Positions 9,387-17,901 of a DNA stretch of 64,000 bases are shown piece after piece (positions within the stretch are counted from its first letter, which is position 1; each line of letters begins with the position of its first letter). The notes below the pieces were generated by a model. That model was not told the origin of the DNA. It worked only from the letters and a program-made list of their open reading frames with translations, and searched no databases. Made by a program: the position numbers and the translations under genes. This stretch comes from an uncultured bacterium (lineage in GTDB: Bacteria > Patescibacteriota > Dojkabacteria > J137). The stretch is taken from assembly GCA_963700155.1 (NCBI GenBank), contig OY969472.1, positions 936,690-1,000,689 of the forward strand. The letters run 5' to 3'.

Positions 9387-10420
9387 AGGTATTGTTTTAA
9401 TTTTTCGGCAATAGCTTTAGCCATTAATGGGGGAACTGCGTTTCCCACCTGTCGATATTGACTAGTTTTAGAGCCTTTAAAAATAAATTTATCTGAAAAA
9501 GATTGAATCCTTGCGCTTTCCCTCACTGTCGGTACACGATTCCATTTATAATGAAAATGGTGTCTATGTCCTGTATCTATTGTAAAACTTGGCATACTAC
9601 TATTCAAACGTGTCCAAGCAATATGCATCTTCCTAGTTCCTCTTAAATTCTCTGGCAAATCTTTGTAATTACCGCCATCAGGTACTAAGTTTATTATTTC
9701 AATTGTCTTATCATTATGTACTGTAATTTGATGATTATAAATACCTTTAGAACCAGCCCTAATTTCTTCCTGATACTTATTTTGTGGCTCAAATATATAA
9801 GGAGTCCCATCATCAAGGCTTCCTTCTGGTAAGTCGCTCAATGCCTCGAAAGAGGTCACATGAATTGTAGTTCTTTTCTCTGGGAAAACAAAACTATCTG
9901 ATAATAATCCTATAAAGACTAATCGCTTTCTTTTTTGTGGAACACCATAATCTGAAGAAACTAAAATAGAAGAGCTAACTTTATATCCTAATTGTGAAAA
10001 ATCTTCAATAATTTGTTTTTTAACTTCACCTTTGGCAATAGAACCCAAGTTCGGAACGTTTTCCATTAGAAAGGCTCTAGGTTTTATCTCTGAAACAATT
10101 TTTACAAAATATTTGTAAAGGGAATTTCTTGGGTCTTCAATCATCCTTTTTCCAGCGATTGAAAAGCCCTGACAAGGTGGTCCACCAACAATAATATCTA
10201 TCTCTGAATTTACCTTATTTAATATTTCTTCTGACGTAATATCTTCTATATTTGCTAGGATTGCTTTAGCTCCCACATGATTAAATTTAAATGACTCTAT
10301 TGAATCTTTATCATTATCAATACCAAGTAAAGGAATAAATCCTGCTTGTTCAAATCCATTTGATAATCCCCCACATCCAGAGAATAAATCTATAAATTTT
10401 ATTTCTTTTTTAGTTTTCAT
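9383..10420 (-). CDS. DNA (cytosine-5)-methyltransferase (second copy).
   Basis: FSGCGGLSNGF, GGPPCQGFSIAG, ENVPNL, VGNAVPPLMA. Confidence 0.85.
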   Translation of the reverse strand: MKTKKEIKFIDLFSGCGGLSNGFEQAGFIPLLGIDNDKDSIESFKFNHVGAKAILANIEDITSEEILNKVNSEIDIIVGGPPCQGFSIAGKRMIEDPRNSLYKYFVKIVSEIKPRAFLMENVPNLGSIAKGEVKKQIIEDFSQLGYKVSSSILVSSDYGVPQKRKRLVFIGLLSDSFVFPEKRTTIHVTSFEALSDLPEGSLDDGTPYIFEPQNKYQEEIRAGSKGIYNHQITVHNDKTIEIINLVPDGGNYKDLPENLRGTRKMHIAWTRLNSSMPSFTIDTGHRHHFHYKWNRVPTVRESARIQSFSDKFIFKGSKTSQYRQVGNAVPPLMAKAIAEKLKQYL

Positions 10421-10488
10421 GTCGTATTTAATTCAAGTATGTACATGCGATTATTAATTATACATCATCAAATTTCTGATGAGATATT

Positions 10489-11256
10489 TTAATTAAACTT
10501 TGCCCAATCGAAGCTCTGGTCTCCTTTCCTATTCAATATAATGTTTAACTTATTTGCTCTTACGTCGTAAATTGGTTTTAAAAACTCAAGCATTATTTGT
10601 TGATTTTCTAATCCAATAAAGAAAGGACACTCATATCCATCCGAATATGCTATGTGCCATTCAGCTGGCCACTGGTCTAAATTCTTTGTTCTATAGGTTA
10701 ATATTGCTATGTCATGATATTTTAAGGGAAAGGTAAGAAAGCTAGGTAGCTCAAAGTTATCTAATTCATCTATGTCAAATGATGAATTAATTCGAATACT
10801 CATAGGAGGGTTCATCATGGGTATCGCAAAAACCAATAAAAACTGTGGTTTTATTTCGGTTTTAGAAAGAATAAGATAATCACTCTTTCTGTTAAAAACT
10901 GGTGATTTTTCTGGAGAATAGGATGGTTCTTTAATAAAAGCTGAAAATAGATGTCTAACCCCACCACTATTTAGTTGTGCATTTAGTAATGTATTTCCTT
11001 TAACTATCATTTGAGAGTCTTTTTCACCGTAAGCTTTATAATGCGCTCTTCCAGAGGCGTGTATAGAGAGTTTTCCCTCTTTTTCACCCAATTGAGTAAT
11101 TAACCTATTGTTTTTAAAATCTTGGTTAAGCCATATTGTAGAACTAAATTCAGGCCAATTTACATATATTGAACCATCATTTTCCTGTGTAAATGAGAAA
11201 ATCTGATAATCTTTATCATTTTTCTTGAGAAAAACTCTTCTCTTATTAACTATCAT
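10489..11256 (-). CDS. Hypothetical protein, first gene of the co-directional R-M-containing cluster.
   Basis: ORF only. Same strand, 68 nt upstream of the MTase. Confidence 0.4.
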   Translation of the reverse strand: MIVNKRRVFLKKNDKDYQIFSFTQENDGSIYVNWPEFSSTIWLNQDFKNNRLITQLGEKEGKLSIHASGRAHYKAYGEKDSQMIVKGNTLLNAQLNSGGVRHLFSAFIKEPSYSPEKSPVFNRKSDYLILSKTEIKPQFLLVFAIPMMNPPMSIRINSSFDIDELDNFELPSFLTFPLKYHDIAILTYRTKNLDQWPAEWHIAYSDGYECPFFIGLENQQIMLEFLKPIYDVRANKLNIILNRKGDQSFDWAKFN

Positions 11257-11327
11257 TGGCTTAAAATCTTTTCAGATATTTTTTAAGGGGTATATTATTT
11301 TTAGATATTATCATAAACTAAAATTAT

Positions 11328-12050
11328 ATGGAGATTAATTTAACCCCACAAAAGGCTTTTGAAGGAATTGGCTATTGTATTCTCAATGCAAAAAATAAAT
11401 TTGAAGATGCGGAAGTTCTATTTAAAGAGAAAAAATATTCAAGTGCTTTTTCTCTATATGCTATAGCTTTGCAGGAATGTGGCAAAATTAAAATTATAGC
11501 TGAAATTTCAAAGTTGAATAAAAATCAAAACATCATGTTAAAAGATTTGTGGAAAAAGTTCCGCGACCATAAGATAAAAGATTTTATGGGAGATTTTTTT
11601 CAAGTTTCTGGTGAAGGAGGTCCAAAAGTAGTTATGAATGAATATCAGAGGCTACTAAGGGAAAATATGGCTTTTAGCCCTGAAGATAGTAGATTAGATT
11701 CACTTTATGTAGATTTTAATTCGAAAGCTGAAGCTTGGAAATACCCTCAAAACTCTTTAGAAAAAACTTCAGCTATAAGGAGTAAAGTTATAGAAACATT
11801 AAATCGAATCAAAAGATTAGAACTAATAGGTTTCTACTCAGAGGGATATTTAAGAAAATATAAGAAATTTTATCAAGAGAACTTCTCACCTGTATTTGAT
11901 AAACTTTTAAATAACCCTGTGGCATTTGCAGAGGAGGCAGATAGACAATACTGGAAGGATTTAAATTTGAAATTTATAACTGATTTGATAACACAAGGTA
12001 TTTTGAAAAAGACACCGTATAAGAAGAGACCTCAAAACGAGGCCTCTTAA
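11328..12050 (+). CDS. Possible HEPN/AbiV-like abortive-infection protein.
   Basis: N-terminal helix with SSAFSLYAIALQECGK resembles the AbiV/HEPN family. Located in the defence neighbourhood. Assignment is weak. Confidence 0.3.
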   Translation: MEINLTPQKAFEGIGYCILNAKNKFEDAEVLFKEKKYSSAFSLYAIALQECGKIKIIAEISKLNKNQNIMLKDLWKKFRDHKIKDFMGDFFQVSGEGGPKVVMNEYQRLLRENMAFSPEDSRLDSLYVDFNSKAEAWKYPQNSLEKTSAIRSKVIETLNRIKRLELIGFYSEGYLRKYKKFYQENFSPVFDKLLNNPVAFAEEADRQYWKDLNLKFITDLITQGILKKTPYKKRPQNEAS

Positions 12051-12065
12051 CTTATTCGAGACACA

Positions 12066-12596
12066 CTATTCTTGTGTGATTGTTACAGTCCAACTAACTC
12101 CAGAAATAACATGCACATAATATGTACCTTCAGTTAACCCTCTAATGGTTGTGTCACCGTGTCCATCTTCTGCGCCATCAGTAGAGATATTTAAATCTTC
12201 GCCAGTCAATCCATTAAGAAAAGTATTCTCTCCTTCCTTTTGAAGGGTAATTGATGAATACGTCCCATATGAGCCACCTGTTGTAGTAGCTGTCATTTTG
12301 GCAGTTCCATCATGTACAGTGAAGCTCTCAGTATCTTTATTTCCTTTTCCAGAATAAGTTACATTTACTGGTTCAACTGGAGCTTTTGTATTTGTATCGG
12401 GTTGTTGACTATTGTTAGTAGTGTTTGTTGTTGAGTTTGAATTATTACCATTTGAAGAAGTTAAAAGTGCAACTCCTCCGCAACAAAGTAATAAAACTAC
12501 TATTAAACCCACTACTACGCCTAGAGTTCCCGTTATCCCTCCAAAAAAGGACTTTGTTGCTGAACTAGCCGATGATGCAGCTATATTTTGAGCCAT
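12066..12596 (-). CDS. Membrane-anchored Ser/Thr/Asn-rich small protein.
   Basis: N-terminal TM segment and a low-complexity S/T/N stretch. Confidence 0.4.
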   Translation of the reverse strand: MAQNIAASSASSATKSFFGGITGTLGVVVGLIVVLLLCCGGVALLTSSNGNNSNSTTNTTNNSQQPDTNTKAPVEPVNVTYSGKGNKDTESFTVHDGTAKMTATTTGGSYGTYSSITLQKEGENTFLNGLTGEDLNISTDGAEDGHGDTTIRGLTEGTYYVHVISGVSWTVTITQE

Positions 12597-12689
12597 AAAT
12601 ATAAAATATAAAAAATAAAATAATAAACTAAAAGTTTATTTCATCTTTAATACTGTTCTGGGAATTAACTGAGGCTATAGATAGCAAAA

Positions 12690-12809
12690 ATGGCCTCCCA
12701 GACCAGCGGCTACACCCTTTCGGGCTGCCCTATAAGAGTTTCCCCTTATAGACGTACAGAACGATGCTGACTGGAAAGCCATTCAAACGTTCTGTACGAT
12801 TTTTATTTT
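12690..12809 (+). ncRNA. Candidate structured small RNA or leader. GC-rich segment ending in an intrinsic-terminator-like hairpin (12754..12763 / 12788..12797) plus a T-tract.
   Basis: Local GC about 50% against a 30% background. Stems ctataag/cttatag and gtacagaacg/cgttctgtac are followed by gatttttatttt. No coding ORF on the + strand here. Confidence 0.2.
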
Positions 12810-12945
12810 GATACCATGCCTATATTTGCATATCGGTTTAGGTCTCAGATATTGAATTATAATATAAAGGTGAAATTAACAAAAGTTTTTGGACGATATT
12901 AATAAAGAAGAAGTATAATTCTTAAAATTAAATATAAGCATTAAT

Positions 12946-13953
12946 ATGAAGAAGAAAAACAGTAATCCTACAAAAAGGAATAAAGAAGCTCACATTGATT
13001 TAGATTTGGATAATCCTCAACTTAAGTATGAACTTAATCACCTTAAAGAAGAAAATGAATTGTTTAAAATAGCTGCTTTTGAAGAACTTAAGCGTTTCCA
13101 AGCACAATTTCAATCTATGGCGTTACTGCCAACATATGCAATTACTGAGGCAATCAAGCCGTTGATTGATTTTCAAAATGTCTATTTAAACCAAATTAAG
13201 GAGATGACAGAGCTAGTTCAAAAATCTGTATACAATTCTGGAATTATGCAAATTGTTAGTTCTATTCAAAAATTACAAGTAGGTGCTTTCGCAGGTTTGA
13301 TTATAAACTCCGAAATTGAGAACCAAGTCATCTCATCTAAAAATGGACTTTTTACCACTTCCACCATTAGAAAAGCTAAGCTCACAGCCAGAAGTGAAGT
13401 GGGTATCAATATTGAAAAAAATACTACTACAGAAGTATCTAGTGGTATTTCATATAGAAAATTAGAGACAATTGAAACCAAACTTGAAATTCTAGATGAA
13501 AATATGAAAAGCCTCAGTAGTAAAGATGATTTAAGAATGATTAAGGAAAAGCTAAGTAAACATGATAATTTTTTTGATATGATTCAAGATAATCCATTCC
13601 AATTTTTTAAAATAAAAAAAGTGGATTTTGTTAAAGGATATAGTTATTTTCTAATTAATGGCAATATAAAAGTGATTATTCCTTCAAAAACATTACAGCA
13701 CTATATTTGTGAAGTCTTATTCTCGGGCAAAAAAGATAATATCACTGATGAATGGTTCACAGATGAAATTATTCATGAGTTGAAGTCATTTCTTGGAGTT
13801 GCTGAAATAAAAAGATTAACATGGTCAAAATTAAAAGAGGCAATAATTAATATTAATGAAAAAATAGCCATACAAACTACAAAGCAAGATGTGATAACAA
13901 TACCCAGAGCAGAAATAGCTCAATTAAATTACGAATATTTTTCTCCTAAGTAA
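12946..13953 (+). CDS. Hypothetical coiled-coil protein.
   Basis: ORF only. Confidence 0.4.
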   Translation: MKKKNSNPTKRNKEAHIDLDLDNPQLKYELNHLKEENELFKIAAFEELKRFQAQFQSMALLPTYAITEAIKPLIDFQNVYLNQIKEMTELVQKSVYNSGIMQIVSSIQKLQVGAFAGLIINSEIENQVISSKNGLFTTSTIRKAKLTARSEVGINIEKNTTTEVSSGISYRKLETIETKLEILDENMKSLSSKDDLRMIKEKLSKHDNFFDMIQDNPFQFFKIKKVDFVKGYSYFLINGNIKVIIPSKTLQHYICEVLFSGKKDNITDEWFTDEIIHELKSFLGVAEIKRLTWSKLKEAIININEKIAIQTTKQDVITIPRAEIAQLNYEYFSPK

Positions 13954-13980
13954 GTAAATTCCAGCTAAGCACTTCTACTC

Positions 13981-14007
13981 CAGCCGAACTCGGCTGACCT
14001 TTCTTTC
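13981..14007 (+). terminator. Hairpin cagccgaactcggctg followed by a T-rich run.
   Basis: Perfect 7-bp stem 28 nt after the stop of the 12946..13953 gene. Confidence 0.4.
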
Positions 14008-14041
14008 ATAAAATTTCCTCATAACTTTTAAAAATATAAGT

Positions 14042-14290
14042 ATGAAGAAAGAAGCCCAACATTTTAACACATTCGACCTAAATCTTGCTGCGGTTCTCCT
14101 TGCTAAAGGTTACATTCTTGAACAAGTTCAAAGAAATTCTAATGGCAAATCTCTATTTGTTTTTGATGAGTCAGATGCCTTGAAAAAACTAATAGAAAAG
14201 TACTGGAAAGGGAATCTTAAAATGAATCCCCAAGATGTATTCACAAGCCTAAAGGTCATTAAGAATAGGCTTTACAGCAGTTATTCATAA
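14042..14290 (+). CDS. Small hypothetical protein.
   Basis: ORF only. Confidence 0.35.
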   Translation: MKKEAQHFNTFDLNLAAVLLAKGYILEQVQRNSNGKSLFVFDESDALKKLIEKYWKGNLKMNPQDVFTSLKVIKNRLYSSYS

Positions 14291-14448
14291 ACCTATGGAA
14301 AAGGAGAGTCTTGATAAATTTAAAATTATTTTCAAGAAGGTTTATGGGATAGACCTGAGTGAAGCTCAAGCCCTCGATTTAGCAACTAATTTGCTCAATT
14401 TATATCGGGCAGTCTACAAAGAAAATCTAAATATTAATATTAAAAAAT

Positions 14449-14919
14449 ATGAAAAGGAAATACAATCTACGAAAAATCAAGACTAAAAGGTCTTATACTT
14501 CCGAAGAGCTTGCAGAAACTTTAAAAGTCCATGTTCAAACTGTTCATGACTGGAAAAGAAATGGATTACTACCCCTTGAAGAAAAAACTTCGCCGCATCT
14601 GTTTCTTGGAACTGAAGTTAAAAGTTTTCTTACAAAATTTGTATCTAAGCATAAGGTCTCTCTGAAAGAAGGAGAATTTTATTGTTTATCTTGTAAAAAT
14701 GCAGTGAAACCAACAAGTTTTGAATCAATCAGAAGAGGAATTACCATCGGGAACTCCAGAGAATCGCTCATACTTAAAGCGACTTGTCCAATATGTTCAA
14801 AAGTCGTGCATAGATTTAGTAGTGCTCCATTAATTGCTGAAGCGGAAAAGCACTTAGTTCCTAAACAAATCCGAAAAACAACAGATTTAGAAAAGGATTC
14901 AATTATGCTATTTGACTAA
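14449..14919 (+). CDS. Excisionase/MerR-like HTH (HTH_17-type) protein with a C-terminal Cys4 zinc ribbon.
   Basis: YTSEELAETLKVHVQTVHDWKRNGLLP matches the Xis/AlpA-type HTH. CLSCKN...CPICSK. Lies upstream of a tyrosine integrase. Confidence 0.4.
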   Translation: MKRKYNLRKIKTKRSYTSEELAETLKVHVQTVHDWKRNGLLPLEEKTSPHLFLGTEVKSFLTKFVSKHKVSLKEGEFYCLSCKNAVKPTSFESIRRGITIGNSRESLILKATCPICSKVVHRFSSAPLIAEAEKHLVPKQIRKTTDLEKDSIMLFD

Positions 14920-14951
14920 TAGAAAGTTAATTTATTTTTTATATAAAGTTT

Positions 14952-15386
14952 ATGAGAGCATCAAATTTATTTCAAATTTTGGATTTATCCAAAGACGTAG
15001 TAGCTGAAGTTAATATCTCTGATTTAATTAAATCGGGATTAGTATTGAATGAGGATTATGAGATTAAAAAGGATTTTTTATATAGCCAACCCGTTAAAAA
15101 TGATGGTGTGTTTTCTTTAGATATAACGAGAAGTAACGGTTGGTTTGGAAATATTGAAATACATTTCGCCTTTTTTATTGATACTAGTGAGAGCGATGAA
15201 AATATCCATATATCGCAGGAAGTGAGAATTGTGAAGAATAAAAATGGAAAATTGCAATTTGTTTGTCCAATTTTAGGTGGTGAAAATTTATGCTCAACTC
15301 TCTATTTGAGAAACGATTTTCCACTCTTTGGCTCAGATGAGGGTCTAAATGTGGGTTGGTGGCTAAAAAGTGCTCGAAGAGATTAA
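14952..15386 (+). CDS. Hypothetical protein.
   Basis: ORF only. Confidence 0.35.
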   Translation: MRASNLFQILDLSKDVVAEVNISDLIKSGLVLNEDYEIKKDFLYSQPVKNDGVFSLDITRSNGWFGNIEIHFAFFIDTSESDENIHISQEVRIVKNKNGKLQFVCPILGGENLCSTLYLRNDFPLFGSDEGLNVGWWLKSARRD

Positions 15387-15448
15387 CTAGGTTTTACAAA
15401 GTCCGTTATAACACTCGATTATGAACATTATCTTTTATTACAAATTAT

Positions 15449-16555
15449 ATGGCCAAGAACAAAGCAAAAAACGAAAAAATCAAACGAAAATATTTTGATT
15501 GGTTGCGAGGTGCTGAAGGTTTTTCAGATTTAACAATTGATGCAGTTGAAAAAGCAATCTGGAAATATGAAGAATTTACGAAAGAAGCCGATTATGGTGA
15601 ATTTAATGATAAAGTCGCAACGCAATTCAAAAAATGGCTTTCAACTGCAAAGAATCCAAGAACAGGGAATACTTTATCATTAACATCTCAGTACCATATT
15701 TTAAGGCATTTAAACTCACTTTTTGTGTGGCTTTCTGGGCAGGTCGGGTATAAATCAAAAGTCTCAACTTCTGATATTAGATACTTGAGATTGAGCAAAG
15801 AAGATTCAAGAAAAGCAACAAGTCCTAAACTTCCAAAATACCCTAGTCTTAGCTACATAAAGAAACTTTGCAGTTTTGAAGTTAATGATGAGATGGATAG
15901 AAGAGATAGAGCCTTAATTGCTTTTACAGCACTTTCAGGAATGAGAGATAGAGCAATCATTACTCTACCGATTTGCTGTTTTGATGTTCAAAAATTAGTT
16001 GTTTATCAAGACCCGACCAAAGGAGTTCATACTAAATTTTCAAAATCTATAATTACAACAATATTTAGATTTGATAAAGAACTTTTGGAGTATATTCTTG
16101 ACTGGCAAACGTATTTAACTGAGGAGAAAATGTTTACAGGTGAGAATCCGCTTTTCCCAAGCACACTAATAGAACTTGAGAGTGAAGTTAATCATTCTTT
16201 TGTCGCAAAAGGAGTGGAACCAATCTTCTGGAAAAATGCAGGAGCAATGAGAAAGATATTTCAAAACAGAGCAAAAGAAACTGGGCTGGATTATTTTTCG
16301 CCCCACAAATTTAGGCATTTTGCAATTAACGAAGCCCAGAAGTATGTAAACAATGCCGAAGAATTAAAAGCCGTCAGTCAAAATGTAGGACATGAGAATT
16401 TAACAACAACATTTTTCGGGTATGGAGGAATAGATGACTTCAGGGTTACAGAGATTATCGGTAATATGAACTTTGAGAAAAATAAGTCAAAAAGGAAACT
16501 AGATAAAGACACCATTGAAAAGCTGAAAGATTTATTGAACGAACAAGATGAGTGA
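15449..16555 (+). CDS. Tyrosine site-specific recombinase (phage-integrase family).
   Basis: R-containing box I (SGMRDRAII), HKFRHF (HxxR) and GHENLTTTFFGYGG with the catalytic Tyr. Confidence 0.7.
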   Translation: MAKNKAKNEKIKRKYFDWLRGAEGFSDLTIDAVEKAIWKYEEFTKEADYGEFNDKVATQFKKWLSTAKNPRTGNTLSLTSQYHILRHLNSLFVWLSGQVGYKSKVSTSDIRYLRLSKEDSRKATSPKLPKYPSLSYIKKLCSFEVNDEMDRRDRALIAFTALSGMRDRAIITLPICCFDVQKLVVYQDPTKGVHTKFSKSIITTIFRFDKELLEYILDWQTYLTEEKMFTGENPLFPSTLIELESEVNHSFVAKGVEPIFWKNAGAMRKIFQNRAKETGLDYFSPHKFRHFAINEAQKYVNNAEELKAVSQNVGHENLTTTFFGYGGIDDFRVTEIIGNMNFEKNKSKRKLDKDTIEKLKDLLNEQDE

Positions 16556-16621
16556 TATAAGGTTTATTTATAGAAACTATTGATTTAAAATGTACACATA
16601 TTTAACTCTTAATATAAAGCT

Positions 16622-17365
16622 ATGGAATTGAAAGACAAAGTTGTTTTGATAACAGGCTCTTCGAGCGGAATTGGGAAAGCCATTGCTATTAGATTAGCAA
16701 GTGAGGGAGCGAAGATTGTTATTAACTATAATTCTAACAAGGAAGGTGGGGAATCTACATTAAGTGAGATTCAAAGTTTAGGTAATGAAGGTCTGGTGGT
16801 TCAAGCAGATATTAGTGATGAATCTCAGGCGGAAAATCTAGTAAAAACAGTTATAGATAAGTTTGGAACAATCGATATTCTTGTTAATAATGCAGGGGGT
16901 TATATCGATGGTGATGATTGGAATGGTGAGAGCGAAGCATGGCTTAAAACTTTTCAAAAAAATATTCTTTCTGTAATGAATGTTTCTAAATATGTTCTCA
17001 GAGAATTTATTGAAGCTAAAAAAGGAAATATTGTTAGCATTGCAACAAGATATTCACTTTCAGGTCAATATGATTCACCAGCCTACTCTGCTTCAAAAGC
17101 AGGTATTGTAAATCTAACTCAAGGTTATGCAAAACTACTTTCACCGTTTGGAAGAGCAAATTGCATATCACCTGGAGCTGTAGAAGCTGGTTACTGGCTA
17201 AGAGCACCAAAAGAAGAGCTTGATGAAACTTTGGAAACAATTCCATTTAAAAGATTGATAAGTAAAGAGGAAGTTGCAGAAATGGTTTTTTACCTATCCT
17301 CTGAGCATTCTAAATCTATTACAGGTCAAAATTTTTTAATTGATGGAGGATTTAATTTAAAATAA
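16622..17365 (+). CDS. Short-chain dehydrogenase/reductase (SDR, FabG-like).
   Basis: TGSSSGIGKAIA, NNAG, YSASKAG. Confidence 0.8.
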   Translation: MELKDKVVLITGSSSGIGKAIAIRLASEGAKIVINYNSNKEGGESTLSEIQSLGNEGLVVQADISDESQAENLVKTVIDKFGTIDILVNNAGGYIDGDDWNGESEAWLKTFQKNILSVMNVSKYVLREFIEAKKGNIVSIATRYSLSGQYDSPAYSASKAGIVNLTQGYAKLLSPFGRANCISPGAVEAGYWLRAPKEELDETLETIPFKRLISKEEVAEMVFYLSSEHSKSITGQNFLIDGGFNLK

Positions 17366-17386
17366 TTTAATTTTTAAATAATAGAA

Positions 17387-17872
17387 ATGAATGCAGAGCC
17401 AAATCCAGAACACTTGAGAGAAATTCAAAGAGAGATTGTTTCAGGGCTTATTTTCTCAAAAGATGGGAAACTACTTGTTGGCAAAAAAGACCCGAATAAA
17501 GGTGGTGTATACGCTGATTGTTGGCATATTCCAGGAGGTGGAGTTGATGAAGGAGAAGATAAAATGACCACTTTAAAAAGAGAAATTAGAGAGGAAACAA
17601 ATTTAGATGTTGAGGGAGCTGAGCTTGAATTAGTTGATGATACTGGTCGTGGTTCAACAGAAAAGACATTGAAAGATACAGGTGAAAAAGTATGGTGCAA
17701 TATGAATTTTAATGTGTACAGGGTAAGGTTAAATAGAAATGCTTCTGAGATTGAATTAAATCCATCTGATGATTTAGTTGAATTAAAGTGGGTAGATATT
17801 TCTGAACTTAAGGAGCTTAAGCTAACACCACCAAGTATTGAATTGTTTAAAAGACTTGGATATATAGATTAG
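17387..17872 (+). CDS. NUDIX hydrolase.
   Basis: Nudix box GGGVDEGEDKMTTLKREIREETNL. Confidence 0.75.
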   Translation: MNAEPNPEHLREIQREIVSGLIFSKDGKLLVGKKDPNKGGVYADCWHIPGGGVDEGEDKMTTLKREIREETNLDVEGAELELVDDTGRGSTEKTLKDTGEKVWCNMNFNVYRVRLNRNASEIELNPSDDLVELKWVDISELKELKLTPPSIELFKRLGYID

Positions 17873-17901
17873 AGAATAAAATTTAAAATATAAGTATAAA
17901 T

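Noticed and set aside
12690-12809. tRNA, SRP RNA or RNase P RNA identity for the GC-rich intergenic segment.
   Set aside because: It could not be folded into a cloverleaf. No GGAAG/AGCA SRP domain-IV motif or RNase P P4 motif was seen. It is kept only as a generic sRNA candidate.
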